The position numbers and the translations under genes are program-made. The notes beneath the pieces were generated by a model. That model ran no database searches. It saw only the letters and a program-made list of their open reading frames with translations, and was not told where the DNA came from. A stretch of 63,930 nucleotides of DNA, the filler included, from Craspedostauros australis (Eukaryota), in assembly GCA_030167865.1 (NCBI GenBank). It is 8 parts of 8 records of this genome, joined end to end, with 100 filler letters (N's around TTAATTAATTAA, not from the genome) between each part and the next. Parts side by side here need not be neighbours in the genome. Positions count along the whole stretch, not along the records: positions 1 to 25,671 come from JALAGF010004046.1; 7 more parts are not named here. One strand, given 5' to 3'. Positions 1 to 11,954 of this stretch are shown one piece after another; position 1 is the stretch's first letter; each line of letters starts with the position of its first letter.

Positions 1-593
1 GGTTGCGCCATACCGCGTCTCGTCATTGTTTTGGGATGATTACCGGAGGCCACGCCGCGCAACTTCGATGACGATGGTGGCGAGGCTGCGTGATTGTCTC
101 TTCGCAATCGATCCTCTGGTTGCTGGTGATGATCGTGATTGCGAGGCTTCGGATGATGCAGAATGTGCGGATTCTGCGAATGGTCATGTTGCTGTTGCTG
201 CTGATATTGATAGTGCCGCTGATGCTGATGATGGTGGTGCTGCTGGTAATGCTGCTGGTGCTGTGGCTGTGGCTGCTGGATCAGCGTTCCCAGCAAGTCG
301 AACTTCCCGTAGATGATATAGATGCTGAGGTAAAGAGCCGAAAGCATCATGTCAAGAACCACGCATGCCTTCAAGCACGTCGACACTCGCTTGCTCTTTG
401 GTGGAGAAGGCACGGGTCGTTGTTCATCGCAAGTGAATGCAACAGGGCATGGTGCGAACGATGACGACGGTTTCTTCAGCGGAGATGATGACCGTTGCTT
501 CAGAGGCGATGAGTTGCTGCCTGTCGGGATGATGATGGAGGAGGAAGAGGAGGAAGAGGAGGAAGATGCTGCCGTTGCCGTCATGTTGTTCAT
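1..593 (-). CDS. 5' part of a putative type II membrane protein (Ser-rich N-terminus, one TM, Q/H-rich stalk), running off the window start
   Basis: Mirror copy of 25079-25671. Confidence 0.6.
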   Translation of the reverse strand, partial: MNNMTATAASSSSSSSSSSIIIPTGSNSSPLKQRSSSPLKKPSSSFAPCPVAFTCDEQRPVPSPPKSKRVSTCLKACVVLDMMLSALYLSIYIIYGKFDLLGTLIQQPQPQHQQHYQQHHHHQHQRHYQYQQQQQHDHSQNPHILHHPKPRNHDHHQQPEDRLRRDNHAASPPSSSKLRGVASGNHPKTMTRRGMAQ

Positions 594-1437
594 CGTGATC
601 TTGAAGGGAGGATTCGTTACGGTATTTTGCTGTGCTGTGCTCTACAGAGTATGTGTATGGGTGTGGGTCGGTGTGTCGGTATGTCGGTGTGTATTTGTGC
701 AGTTGCGTCGTTGTGCGTTTGTGGCTGATGCTCTGGGTTGATGTTATTGATGACAGGGTCTTCTTTCGTGCTACTCTATACCCGTGTGGCTCTCCCTCGT
801 TCTTGATCTCTTGGTCCACCTTGCGGTGAGAAGTTGGCTGATGGTGCACTGTGGACTGTGGAAGATGTAAGATGCAGGATGTGCAGAACACCAGTTGCGA
901 CTCCATCCGATGAAGATGATGAATGTCAGGAACATCTTTGCACAACAAGAGTGTCGGCGACGTTGTTGCAGATGGGCACCAACGACATTGACAACGACAT
1001 TGACAACGACATTGACAACAGATATTCTCAACTCACATGCATCCAACAACGACGACATTGACAACAAACGGAGGAGCAAGAACAAGAACAACATCAACAA
1101 CTTCTCGTAGCTCGTACCACACGAGGACCCACCAACGAACAACATGTGGCGTACTACTACGAGTAATTCCCTCCAGCCACAAGACAACGAACAAAAAACG
1201 GGGAAAGGAGGAACACACACAACGACCAAAATGTGATCGTTGTGTTGTTGGTTGCGCACTTATGGCATTCCGTTGTTGTGAAAACGCTCAAATAACGTCG
1301 GAAGCGTGGTGTGGAACGGAATGTGCGTGAATCGACTGAAATGGATAGAATTATTGAATTATTTGTATTTTCACGAAAATGAGTCATGGTCATCCACGAG
1401 CCATCGGAAGGATAGAATGAATGACAAATTGGGACAG
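1..1437. repeat. Left arm of ~1.44-kb inverted repeat (reverse complement of 24235-25671)
   Basis: Position p mirrors 25672-p and the six-frame ORF translations are identical and mirrored. Identity breaks after ...aaattgggacag (1437/24235). Confidence 0.97.
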
Positions 1438-2341
1438 CCTACTTCGCTCATGATAGCGAAATATCCGGACATACTAGTACTGTCTTCGAATTTACCGTCA
1501 TTGTGAGGACACCCTATGTTAGATGCAAATACGAACAATTAAACGAACGTTTTTGGACTTGGATTGTCCGAACACGGACGAAATATTGTTCTTGTTGTCG
1601 ATAAACTCGATCAGATCAAGGCTACATGAATTAAGATAGATTTGGGGAAATGGAAAATGCGTTCATCAAATACGTCCAGACTGTGTCCAGGATCTTCTCT
1701 TGAGTCGCTCTACTTGCATGAAGACACTTGCAACTCGATTCCTCCATCCCAAAAGGCCTCCCATATTCCTCATCCATTGTACAAGTAGGTGCTGATGGCT
1801 TGACGATATCAACCTCACCTCTCGACGAGGAGAATGACAGTTGACAGTTGACAGCTGATGGTTAATGGTTGATGGTTGCTGAACCACTATGCCTTCCATA
1901 CGACTAGTCGTGTCGGAGATAGAGATTGGTGTAGATCTGCAGAGTACGAGTATGCACCTATTATATGATGGCATCAAGATCACATCGCAGAGACTCGGCC
2001 TCGTCTTCCTTCCCGTGCCCATTGTCCACAAAAGGGCGACCTCGTCTGGTCGTGGATGATGCGGCGATGAAAAGTCAAGAAGGAGAGAACCACAAATGAC
2101 CACAGAGGATCGCAAATCGCTGTACCTGTGCGAGTTTCTCGTGCCTCACCCAAGCAGGCACACAACGCCATCACCAGCCAAAACGCAACACAAGAAAAGA
2201 CAAAGACAACAAACCAAGTGCGCCACAAGTCCTGTGCTTCCGAGGGCACTGGTACTTGCAGGCGTCCCATCATTGACACCACCACTTCCTGGCTCCTACA
2301 CAAGAGCAAAGCAACAGCACCATCAAGAGAGAGAGAGAGAT

Positions 2342-4372
2342 ATGACTCTCGCACCATCATCGACGTCGGCGAACAGCCGCACAACTCCTGCGCAGGCATT
2401 CATCCACATCATCAAGGGCAACGTCGGCCCTGGCTGCCTGTCGCTGCCATGGGCCGTCTCTCAGATGGGAGTGGGATTCGGAGTTGTCGTTATCTTCATC
2501 GTCGCGTACTGGACGTCCTACAATGCGTTGCAGCTGGTGTTGCTCAAGGCAGACTATTGTGAGGAGCAGAGAGCCGAGCTCAGAAGCGAGGCCCGGGCTC
2601 GTCAATATGCTTCTGCTGATAGTGGCGATAGTGGCGATAGTGGTGATACTGGTGATAGCGACAATGGAACCAACGGTCGGACGGCAGGAGCAATATCCCA
2701 CCTAGCGTCGCAGTCGCAGCCGCAGTTGCAGCAACTGTCACCCAGCCAGCGCTACATCAACACGAACGTCACCTACGCCGAGCTCAGCAAATGGCTATGG
2801 GGAGATTGGCTGGAAAAGTGCACCACCATCTTCATCTGCGTTCAGCAGCTGGCGGTCTGCACTGTCTTTCTTTCCTTCATCGGCGAGAACTTGGGAGCCG
2901 CCCTGGAAGAGAGCTTTGGCAACATCGGCCATGCCACCGTTATCACCATGGCAGTTCCAGCGGCCATGATGCTCTCCTGCCTCCCCAACCTCAAGGTCCT
3001 GGCGCCCATCATGGCATTGGCAACGACCACGCTCTTTGCTGGATTTGGTGTCCTGGCGTACCTCGTCCGGCAGGCCTGGAAGGAGCAGGTCGATCTCGAT
3101 GATGGCGGCAGTCACAGCGTCAGCGATTACGTCCCAGCAAAGCTCAACGTCGCAGCCCTGCCACTCGCCATCTGCGCCATCCTCTATTCGTTCGAGGGCA
3201 TTTGCCTCGTCCTCCCCATCGAAGGCAGCATGCAGGAAGAGGAACGAGACGCTTTCGCGGGTCAAAATGAGATTGATGGCGATCACGATCGCGAACACGA
3301 TGCTGCCGGTTCATCGTCATCAACAACCAAGCGCCGCGGGGCCTTCCCGATGGTCTTCACCGTCGTCATGTCGCTTGTGGCAGTCATCTTTGCGCTCGTC
3401 GCAGGCCTCAGCGTCATTGCGTTCGGTTCGGTGTCATCGGGAAGCATCACGGCGTTCCTCGTCGAGCGGGCCGAAGAAAAGGAGGCTGCTGGTGGCTCGG
3501 CCTCGAGCATGGGACTCCTCAACCTGGCCAACACACTGGTCAGCATTGCTGTGCTGCTCACGTACCCGCTGCAGCTTTTCCCATCGTACGAGCTGGTGGG
3601 ACCATGGTGGAGCCAGACCACGGTCGGGCGCTCCGCATCCAAGGCCTTCGGCATGCTCACCGCACAGTTCTCCGGAGGTCATGAGGCGGTGCCAGATCAT
3701 GACACCGCAGGCGAGACCCCTGAATCCCCCAGCGACGCGGACGCCAGCGGTCTGAATGGGGGTGGATCCAGCTCGGTACAGGTAGAAACACAGCAGCATC
3801 TCGTCGGAGAGCAAGACAGCACAACTGTGCTATCAGCAACGAATGCAGATACGCCACATTACATGGCCACTCCGACATCGTCATCCATATCGTCACCCGT
3901 GCAGTCACGAGCCACGATTATTGCAGGAGCCATTGATGGGGACAGTCCCATGTTGCGAGCTGCATTGGTGCTATTCACCTACACGCTCGCCATCGCCGTG
4001 CCGAATGTGCAGCTCCTGGTGAGTTTGGCGGGAGCATTGTCTGGTTCCGCAACAGCGCTCATCATCCCGCCCATGCTCATGTGGAAGTATTACCAACGCA
4101 AGCAGGATCCCCAGGTGAGGTACGCGGCGCTGGCCACCGCAACGGCCGAAGCAGCGCAGACGGGCGACACATTCCAAGATGAACATGCTCTGGGTACATC
4201 AACCAGTACCGCGCATGCGTCGCAACAGGGAGAAAATCAGCCCTTCATGTCGCCATTGGTGTACATGATCAAACGCGCTGAGTTGATCATCTTGTTCACG
4301 CTGGGTATCATCACCATGTTTATCGGAACAGGCTCTGCGCTCGCTGATATCATTGAATACTACATGGCGTAG
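2342..4372 (+). CDS. Amino acid/auxin permease family (Aa_trans, SLC36/PAT-like) transporter
   Basis: Motifs AFIHIIKGNVGPGCLSLPWA, LYSFEGICLVLPIE, LLTYPLQLFP and LVSLAGALSGS..ALIIPP, with about 11 hydrophobic segments. The ORF is open from 2096; the ATG at 2342 after the (GA)n tract is preferred. Confidence 0.92.
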   Translation: MTLAPSSTSANSRTTPAQAFIHIIKGNVGPGCLSLPWAVSQMGVGFGVVVIFIVAYWTSYNALQLVLLKADYCEEQRAELRSEARARQYASADSGDSGDSGDTGDSDNGTNGRTAGAISHLASQSQPQLQQLSPSQRYINTNVTYAELSKWLWGDWLEKCTTIFICVQQLAVCTVFLSFIGENLGAALEESFGNIGHATVITMAVPAAMMLSCLPNLKVLAPIMALATTTLFAGFGVLAYLVRQAWKEQVDLDDGGSHSVSDYVPAKLNVAALPLAICAILYSFEGICLVLPIEGSMQEEERDAFAGQNEIDGDHDREHDAAGSSSSTTKRRGAFPMVFTVVMSLVAVIFALVAGLSVIAFGSVSSGSITAFLVERAEEKEAAGGSASSMGLLNLANTLVSIAVLLTYPLQLFPSYELVGPWWSQTTVGRSASKAFGMLTAQFSGGHEAVPDHDTAGETPESPSDADASGLNGGGSSSVQVETQQHLVGEQDSTTVLSATNADTPHYMATPTSSSISSPVQSRATIIAGAIDGDSPMLRAALVLFTYTLAIAVPNVQLLVSLAGALSGSATALIIPPMLMWKYYQRKQDPQVRYAALATATAEAAQTGDTFQDEHALGTSTSTAHASQQGENQPFMSPLVYMIKRAELIILFTLGIITMFIGTGSALADIIEYYMA

Positions 4373-4655
4373 GCGAAGAATGTTGCGGCGTACCAGTGTA
4401 TCAGGCTAAAGGCTCATGGAGCACGTTGCAATGCTTACTAGTGCCAGCAAGAATGTTGTCGCGCCTACATATTCATCACGTTTAATTTACTGTTATGTGT
4501 CATGATTTGCGATTACTGTGCTTCAGCGATGTGATGTTCACAATTTATCCGTCTCGCTGGTCCCCGGAAGATGGATGTTGTATCTTGTTCCAAACCACGG
4601 CTCCATGTCTTCTCGCACTAATGCACGTAGTAGCTATCGACTGACGCCCTTGCCT

Positions 4656-5744
4656 TCATTCCACTTTCAGCTCTGCTTGCAACTCGGTTTGCACTTCGGC
4701 TTGCGAATTCTGTTTGTTCAACAGAATCTTGGAAACATCGGATGGATGCACCTGATCCTCTGCGTACATGGCCTCCGTCGCAGCGCCTGTGGCCTTGTAG
4801 GTCGAATGATCTTCTTCCGCATCCTCATCTTCCATGACCAAGGTATGCACGGCGCGGATGGTGTCTTCGAGCATCTTGGACAGCGCACCGCCCGTGGAGC
4901 GCGTGAATTCGGACGTCATCTCTTTTGCGTCGTCCGAGACTGCCGCGCTGCTCGTGCAGATGGATGGGAGCTGCGGTTGCAGTTGCAACGCTGCTTCTGG
5001 TGCTCCCACCTGTCCCTGTCCCTGTTGTGTGCTCTGTCCTTGCTCCTTCGCTTGCTCCTGCACGAGTCCCTGCTCTTGTTCCTGTTCCTGTTCTTGAGCA
5101 TGTGCATGTGCGTGTCCATGTTCGTGGGCTTCTTGTTCATTCGCTTCTGGCTCACATGCTTGCGGTGATGGGGATGGCGATTCCTCCGCCTCTATGTCCT
5201 CGCTCGAGTCCCGAACGGCCACTGGGTTAGCGCACCAGGATGCCAGCTGCGGATGCTCGTCGATGGCCGTGAGATCGATGGGACAGCGCTGCTCGCCCGA
5301 CACGGAGAACAACCGCGCCAGCTCCTCCTGCTCGTCCATGCTCCACGCCAACGAACGCATGAGGATGGGATGCTGGCTGACGTTGGATCCCGTGCGCGCG
5401 AGGATGGAGGCATCGCGTTCCTCGTCTTCGCTGTGCATGTCGGCCTCATCCTGAGTCGTGGCGATGATGGAATTGGCGTACGAGTAGGACGACAGGGAGG
5501 CGGAGGTGAGCGGTGCCCCCATCTGGAGGGAGGGGATGGTGGAGGAGCTCGTCCTGCTGTGGGATGCTCCGAGCTGCTGGTTTTGCTGCAGTTGCATCCT
5601 GGCATGCATCTGGATGCGGATTGGTTGTTGCAGCATGTTCCTGTTTTCTCGTTTGATGGAAGTCTGATCCTGCCTGCCGGAGATCATTTGCGGACCATCG
5701 TCGAGGCTGGACATGCTGCAACTTGGCGATACCATGCAACTCAT
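4656..5744 (-). CDS. Hypothetical low-complexity (Q/E/S-rich) protein
   Basis: 362-aa ORF with coding-like codon usage; no recognisable domain. Confidence 0.6.
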   Translation of the reverse strand: MSCMVSPSCSMSSLDDGPQMISGRQDQTSIKRENRNMLQQPIRIQMHARMQLQQNQQLGASHSRTSSSTIPSLQMGAPLTSASLSSYSYANSIIATTQDEADMHSEDEERDASILARTGSNVSQHPILMRSLAWSMDEQEELARLFSVSGEQRCPIDLTAIDEHPQLASWCANPVAVRDSSEDIEAEESPSPSPQACEPEANEQEAHEHGHAHAHAQEQEQEQEQGLVQEQAKEQGQSTQQGQGQVGAPEAALQLQPQLPSICTSSAAVSDDAKEMTSEFTRSTGGALSKMLEDTIRAVHTLVMEDEDAEEDHSTYKATGAATEAMYAEDQVHPSDVSKILLNKQNSQAEVQTELQAELKVE

Positions 5745-7511
5745 CGTGACAGTGTGACGTATTCTGCTAACGAATGTGCGAGTCTTGTGATGAATTGTGC
5801 TGAGAGTTGGTTCGTGTTGTGAATTGTGTCTTGGTGGCTCACTCGTATAGTACGAGCATGTATGTATGTGTGATGCAAGTGCAGAAATGGTGGTGCCTGG
5901 GAATTATGATGTTTGCGTTGACGGTGGAGACAGGTGATGAAGTGACGAAGCGACGAGATGAGCACGACCCAATGCCACCCCTTCTCACTCTACTCGTATG
6001 CAATGCGATGCGATTGCGTATCTCCGTGTTCCACAGCACGATGATCAGCCAACAACGGACGGTGCAGAAGAACGACAGAGATGACGACAACAAGGACGAA
6101 GGCGAAAACGGAAATCGGTTGATCCCATTGATCGATGGATGGATGGAGGCGCGAAGGTTGCATTGGCGGCAGCAACTACAGCATCAGCAGCAACGACAAC
6201 ACCAGGCAGAAGGAGTAATTCGCAAAAGCGTGACAACAGGATGAACTCAACGGCCGTGGGCATGCACCAAAGCAAGCGGAAAATTGGGAATGGCGCACCC
6301 AGATCGTTATTTTGTGAGAGGGTCACGATGTTGGGTGCAATTGAACGGTTAATTGACGTTATGAAGGTGCGCATGGGATTGACAAATCCGGACTGATGGC
6401 GCTTTGTCACGAACTTCGCAGAACGACATGACAGCGACACTCCGAACATGAATGGGATTGAATCAAGGTGGTCGATTGGAGAGCGCGCCGGCCTTTTCTT
6501 GGCCATCTTCTGCGAACGCACCAATTGGTGGCGCTTGTGGACAAAAATGATGAACGAAACGAGAAACTGTGGTGAGCGTCATTTCGCGTGCCACGGACAT
6601 GCAGAAGGACATGGGTAATCGTTTTACAATTATCGTGGTGACAGAACGCAGCGGACTGCGGGCAGCGACAGCTGTGGGAACTCCGTGAAACAACGTGCGT
6701 CGATGAATCGCTCCACACAACACGACACAACACAACACAACACAGTGGCGCGCCACATCAAAGGAGAAACAAGGAATTTGGCGGCCGAGGTCACACGGAA
6801 CGACAGAACGCACCAAGACCACCACAGTGACCGAACGCGACAAACACGCCCCAGAGAGCAAAGAGGCCAGAAGATCCCCGCAAACCACGCCTCCGCAGCG
6901 GAATGGTGTGAGTTTCACAACACACAAGAAAACGTGGACTCTCCTACCATCGCACAAGTAGGTCGTACAAGGACCCAAGGCAGTATCACATCATCGAACC
7001 AATACCAGTGCTTCGAGAGCGCGAAGGAGATTGAACGACAAGGGCATCCAGGAAAGCCGACGAAGACAGGAAGCAAGAAAGTTCTGTTGGCAGCTCGTGC
7101 TCGTATCGGTATCGGAATTGGAATTGATGGTCACGCTGATGGCAATTGGAAGAACGAACCGAAATTTCTCAGTCTGCGAAAACGAGACTGGGTGACCAGC
7201 TCAGCCGATCTCGTTTCATCTCAGAACAAGCACCATAGTGCCATACAAGCACATCCTTGTGTGATTCTGCGAGCAGTTTGATGTGGAGAAAGATTCGTCA
7301 CAAAGAGCCTCAGCATACAGAGCATTCGTGAAGCACAACAAAACACATCATTGCAGAGAACGAGAAAGGAGCCGACTTTCTCACAAAAAGTCAGGCAGAC
7401 ACAAGGAGTCCGGCTCATTGGACATTGGACATTGGACATTGGACATCAAAAGACACCACAGCAACAACAACAGCGACAGCAACAGCCCAATCCTTTAGAC
7501 GACCCGCGGAC

Positions 7512-10500
7512 ATGAATCAAGTGGTGGCTGCCCACCCTGATGTCCATCCTGATGTCCACGCTGATGCCAGCGCTGACAACAACAACAACAACAACAACAG
7601 AAGCTGGGCACCAGAACACGCACAAAGCCGCAACATGACGTTGACGCGCGATGAGGACAGCCTCGGAGGAGCGCTGCAGGGAATGCACGATGAACACTTC
7701 TTGCTGGAGCTGCGTGCCCTGGAGGACAACCTGCGGAGGCTGGCCACAGACGGCGCGTCCAATTCATCCGTGTTCTCATCATCGTCGTCGCTGCGCAGCG
7801 TCGCCTCCAGCATCTCCTCGTGGCACATGCGAGCGTCCATCGCGCTCAACAACAGCTTCCTGGCGGACAACGCAGCGGACAATCGGACAGGGTCCAGCCA
7901 CTCATCCCTTGCAGCTTCCGCGGCGCCTGTCATCTCGGAACAGAGCAGCATCCGCAACGAGCGCGGCTACAGCAGTCTGGGCCACCGGCATCGCGGCCAC
8001 TACCTCAACAGATCACAACGGAGCCAGAGAACCAAATACGAGAATCTCGATGGGTTTGACATTTCGGAAACGACATCTGGCACTAAATCCTCGCCAACAT
8101 CAACTTTTCCGAACGGCGCACGGCCGGCGTCAATCCGAAGATCGGAAGTGGGGGGTGCCATCAGCGAAATCGATGAGGTGACCGCCTTCCCTGACGTTGG
8201 CCTTGACACCACCACCGCCAATCAGCCTCATCCTTCTGCTGGCTTCCGCACAAGCAGCGGCATGGATTCTCACACTCATGCCCGCACTCGTTCTCACCCC
8301 AACGATACGAGGACGAGCACTGTGGCTCCGGTTGACGCCTGTGGTGACGATTCAACCATCGATGGGTGCGACAACGACACCGTCACCAGCCAGATCGTCA
8401 GGCTCAAGGAGCTGGAGTACTTGCTGGACAAGCACTTGGACATCGCCCAGATGGAATTCCCCATGACGGCGCATCGTGAGCCTGTCAAACACCGAAAGCA
8501 AGGCAGACAAGGTAGACAAGGCAGACAAGGCAGACAAGGCAGACAACACGAGTCCGTCACCCCCAGGAAAGGCAACGCATCCAAAGCTATGCACCAGTAC
8601 GCGCGTCCCCACTTCGACACCGACACGGACCCTGATGCCGGCGCGGATGCGGACACCGACAGCAGCTCGTTCAACTACGAGTACGCATCCAAATGGAGGC
8701 CCGCGTCCACCTTCGTCTCCGACTCCGTAGCAGCATCCATCAACGACTCATCCTTCTCGCAGTACTCCTCTGCCAGCGAGTTCCAGCGCAGCGAGTCCAA
8801 GACAGCACTCACAGCCAACACTCCGACAACGGTCGCAACATCTCAACACACCGCCAGTCCATACCCATCGGCGCTGGGGGTGTCCTATCTCGGTTGTGAT
8901 TCCCTGCCTCAGGACATCTCACCTCTCTACGACTGCCCCAGCTCCAGCTCCATCTCGTCGGCATCTTCTGGCAACGAGCTGCTGCATCGCATCGACCAAC
9001 TACTCACGCTCGACCTGACGGAGGGAAGGCCGAGGCTGTCGGCTTCATCGGAATCGTCACGCCCTGCCAGAACCATCGTGCCCCACCCGCATCCCTCATC
9101 GTCTGTCTCCGTGCTCTCTTCCACCTCAACTCTCGGCACGTCACCCTCCCTGCGTCAGTCGTTCCTGAGGTCCGTCCGGGTCAAACCCAGCAGAATGGAC
9201 ACCAACAGCACCGATGGTGACGACGAATTCGAAGACGACACCACCAACGATCACGGCGACGGCGACAATCTTTGCGGCCCAACCTATTTGTCTCGCGATC
9301 ACATTCTCTCGGAGCTCCGAAGGCTCAACCACCTCGAGAAGCACCTGCGCAAGCAGCTGGAGCGGTTTGCGTCCGAGGAAGATCATCCTCACAGCGAGGT
9401 CAACCTGAACAATCACTTGGACAACGATGCCGATCCTGTGGATGTCATTAACAACAGCATCCACAGCGCAACAGCCAACGAAGACAACACGAACGACAAC
9501 GAACTGCCACAGCCAACAGCAATCCAACAGCAGCGTGGAAAGGACCTCACTGTATCCACTGAACTTCAAGTGCTCCATACCTTCGATGCAGACGCCGAGC
9601 ACCATGACATCATCCCCTCGCCTCTCAGTACGGACTCCGTCGACATCTTCATGGACGCCGACAGCGATCACGACAATGCCAGCGACGAGCATGCGGCTGC
9701 TACCGATTGCAGCACTGGTACGGACATGAAGGTCGACAAGGCAACACCCTCCGATCAAGACTCGGCCTCGAATGCGGATAGCGACGACCCCAGCATCGAA
9801 TCGTACTGGGACAGCGACCAATCGCTTTCCGATGGGTCCGTCAATACGCTCGACAGCTACGTCTTCCGACCAATGAAAGCGCAAGGCAGCAGCTCAGCAG
9901 AGGAAGACAGCGATAGCAATAGCGATGATGAAGAACACGGAGACGAAGAATCGATGGTTTCATCTCATCAAAGCGACATCGAGATCACAATTTCGCTGCC
10001 GTCGTTTCTTCCTGCGAATACGAGCCGCGATCTGGTTGCTCATGCGTCTCTTCCATCGCCCATTTCGGGCATCAACTCGTCACGTGTCAGAACATCACCC
10101 ACCGCTAAATCAATGATGGCGACACCGCCCATCACACCAACAACCGCGACAACGGCATCATCCGCAGCAGAGCAGTCGGCGTTATCATCATCACCATTTC
10201 CATCGTCATCGTCATCTCCTGCACTCTCCGCAGCGGAGGAGATTGTGCCGGAGAGCGTCTATCTGCCATATCACGACGACACTGGAAGGCAAAATGCGCC
10301 GTTCCTGGAACCGATCGACGAACACGAACAGCAGATCCCAGAACGAACCTTCTCGGTCTTCATCTCCAACGTCCACGAAGCGGAACAGTACCACGCGCTG
10401 TCGGCTGCGCCCGTCGCACCACGGCACCGATCTCACAGCCTCTCCCAACACCTTGCCAGTGACGCAGAGAGTGAAGAGCACCAGGCCAGTCTTGATGGCG

Positions 10501-10826
10501 TGCGCGCCTCTCCGCCTCCAACAAGCAACGATCGTTCCCTCACTGCGTACGCAACAGCCGATGGCCACGACACACTGACCGGAAATCTTTGCTTGGAAAC
10601 ACCGCTTCACACTCTGCTCCAGATCGCAAAACGAATCTACGGCGTCCTGTTGTCACATGAGGAAAGGGCCCAGCCGCAATGGAAACTTGATCGGCCGCAT
10701 CTTCGCCAAGGCCTCATCAACAACCATGCTCCCATCAATGAAGAGGAGTCCGCTCTGATGTCTTGCTACGCGCCGCTCCTCGAAGCACCGCATTGGGAGC
10801 ACGCAGACTTGATCGACTATCGTTGA
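7512..10826 (+). CDS. Large Ser/Asp-rich disordered protein with short amphipathic helices and a probably folded C-terminus
   Basis: Uninterrupted ORF of about 1100 aa; first ATG at 7512; QGR tandem repeat at ~8499-8545. Confidence 0.75.
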   Translation: MNQVVAAHPDVHPDVHADASADNNNNNNNRSWAPEHAQSRNMTLTRDEDSLGGALQGMHDEHFLLELRALEDNLRRLATDGASNSSVFSSSSSLRSVASSISSWHMRASIALNNSFLADNAADNRTGSSHSSLAASAAPVISEQSSIRNERGYSSLGHRHRGHYLNRSQRSQRTKYENLDGFDISETTSGTKSSPTSTFPNGARPASIRRSEVGGAISEIDEVTAFPDVGLDTTTANQPHPSAGFRTSSGMDSHTHARTRSHPNDTRTSTVAPVDACGDDSTIDGCDNDTVTSQIVRLKELEYLLDKHLDIAQMEFPMTAHREPVKHRKQGRQGRQGRQGRQGRQHESVTPRKGNASKAMHQYARPHFDTDTDPDAGADADTDSSSFNYEYASKWRPASTFVSDSVAASINDSSFSQYSSASEFQRSESKTALTANTPTTVATSQHTASPYPSALGVSYLGCDSLPQDISPLYDCPSSSSISSASSGNELLHRIDQLLTLDLTEGRPRLSASSESSRPARTIVPHPHPSSSVSVLSSTSTLGTSPSLRQSFLRSVRVKPSRMDTNSTDGDDEFEDDTTNDHGDGDNLCGPTYLSRDHILSELRRLNHLEKHLRKQLERFASEEDHPHSEVNLNNHLDNDADPVDVINNSIHSATANEDNTNDNELPQPTAIQQQRGKDLTVSTELQVLHTFDADAEHHDIIPSPLSTDSVDIFMDADSDHDNASDEHAAATDCSTGTDMKVDKATPSDQDSASNADSDDPSIESYWDSDQSLSDGSVNTLDSYVFRPMKAQGSSSAEEDSDSNSDDEEHGDEESMVSSHQSDIEITISLPSFLPANTSRDLVAHASLPSPISGINSSRVRTSPTAKSMMATPPITPTTATTASSAAEQSALSSSPFPSSSSSPALSAAEEIVPESVYLPYHDDTGRQNAPFLEPIDEHEQQIPERTFSVFISNVHEAEQYHALSAAPVAPRHRSHSLSQHLASDAESEEHQASLDGVRASPPPTSNDRSLTAYATADGHDTLTGNLCLETPLHTLLQIAKRIYGVLLSHEERAQPQWKLDRPHLRQGLINNHAPINEEESALMSCYAPLLEAPHWEHADLIDYR

Positions 10827-11954
10827 GCAGCGATCAACCAATCGACAGGCAGGCAGGCTGATGGATCGTTAGAGATCCATACAATCAGCAGCTCCAGTAG
10901 CAACAATAGCAACACAGACGATCAATCTTCCACACCCATCATCGGTCGATCTTTGGCGGAATAGAATCTCGTGATTGAGAGATCGCGAGAACAAACAAAC
11001 AAAACAATGCTCTCCTCTGCTCGACTGCACAAGCGCTCGTTGCCATCAGCAAAAGCATCTTCGGAGTGAAGAGAGACCGCCAGATCGCGTTTTGTGGGCG
11101 CACTCCCAACGAGTATTGCGGCGAACCCCTCCGCCACTCATGAACGGCGATACGTTGAGATGACAAAGCAGCCTCACTGCTTTGTTGGATGATCGTCTCT
11201 CTCTCTCTCTTTCTTTCATGACACCATGTGTACATCCAGTCTACTCTACTTTCGGTTACTCGCATCAACTAAGCTCCGGCCGTTCCACCATACATAGAAC
11301 CACCGTACATACACCAACTACTTCATTGAATGTTGTTTTCATAGCCTCATACCCTGCCCACGCAGGCGCCGTACAAGTATGGTGGAGCACCACACTGCTA
11401 CCTGCAAATCGACGAACGCATGAAACCATTCCGAACTAGCGGTCGTGGAGATCTGTACCAGAATTAGCAGCTCTCCAGTGGTGCTGTTTCAAGTCTCTCC
11501 AGGGAGATGAACACAGTTGGTCTCTTTCATGTCGTCGTTGTACACCACAGCACCAACAGCAAGACAATCACCTGTTCGCCCTCCACTCTCTCCACCTTTC
11601 TTCCACGCTACAGGAATGCAAAACACCTGGCCAGCATTGTGACCCCCAACCCCCCCCCCCCATATGCGGTCCAATACCGATGTACATGCGTATGCAGGGC
11701 ACTCTGGTTGATTGTTTTTCTGCGTTTGTTCTGTCTATTGGTATATTTGCTGAGGTATTGCGTTCCTAATTATCGTGTTGCGGGACAGGTTTGATGCTTG
11801 CCGCATGGAGCGGATTCATCGCAACAGCTGTGCCCACGGTGTCTTGTGCTCGCAGCGCACCATTTTCGGCGTCATGGAGTGTCTTCCCCTCGCCCAAGTT
11901 CCATCGAGCAGAGCGCCTGCAGTTTCATTCCGTTGAAATGTATGATCGCTGCTG

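Noticed and set aside
7416..7446. Short tandem repeats: (cattgga)4; also 981-1018 (12-mer), 15301-15360 (8-mer) and 58525-58596 (12-mer)
   Set aside because: Ordinary micro- and minisatellites typical of this genome; not telomeric.
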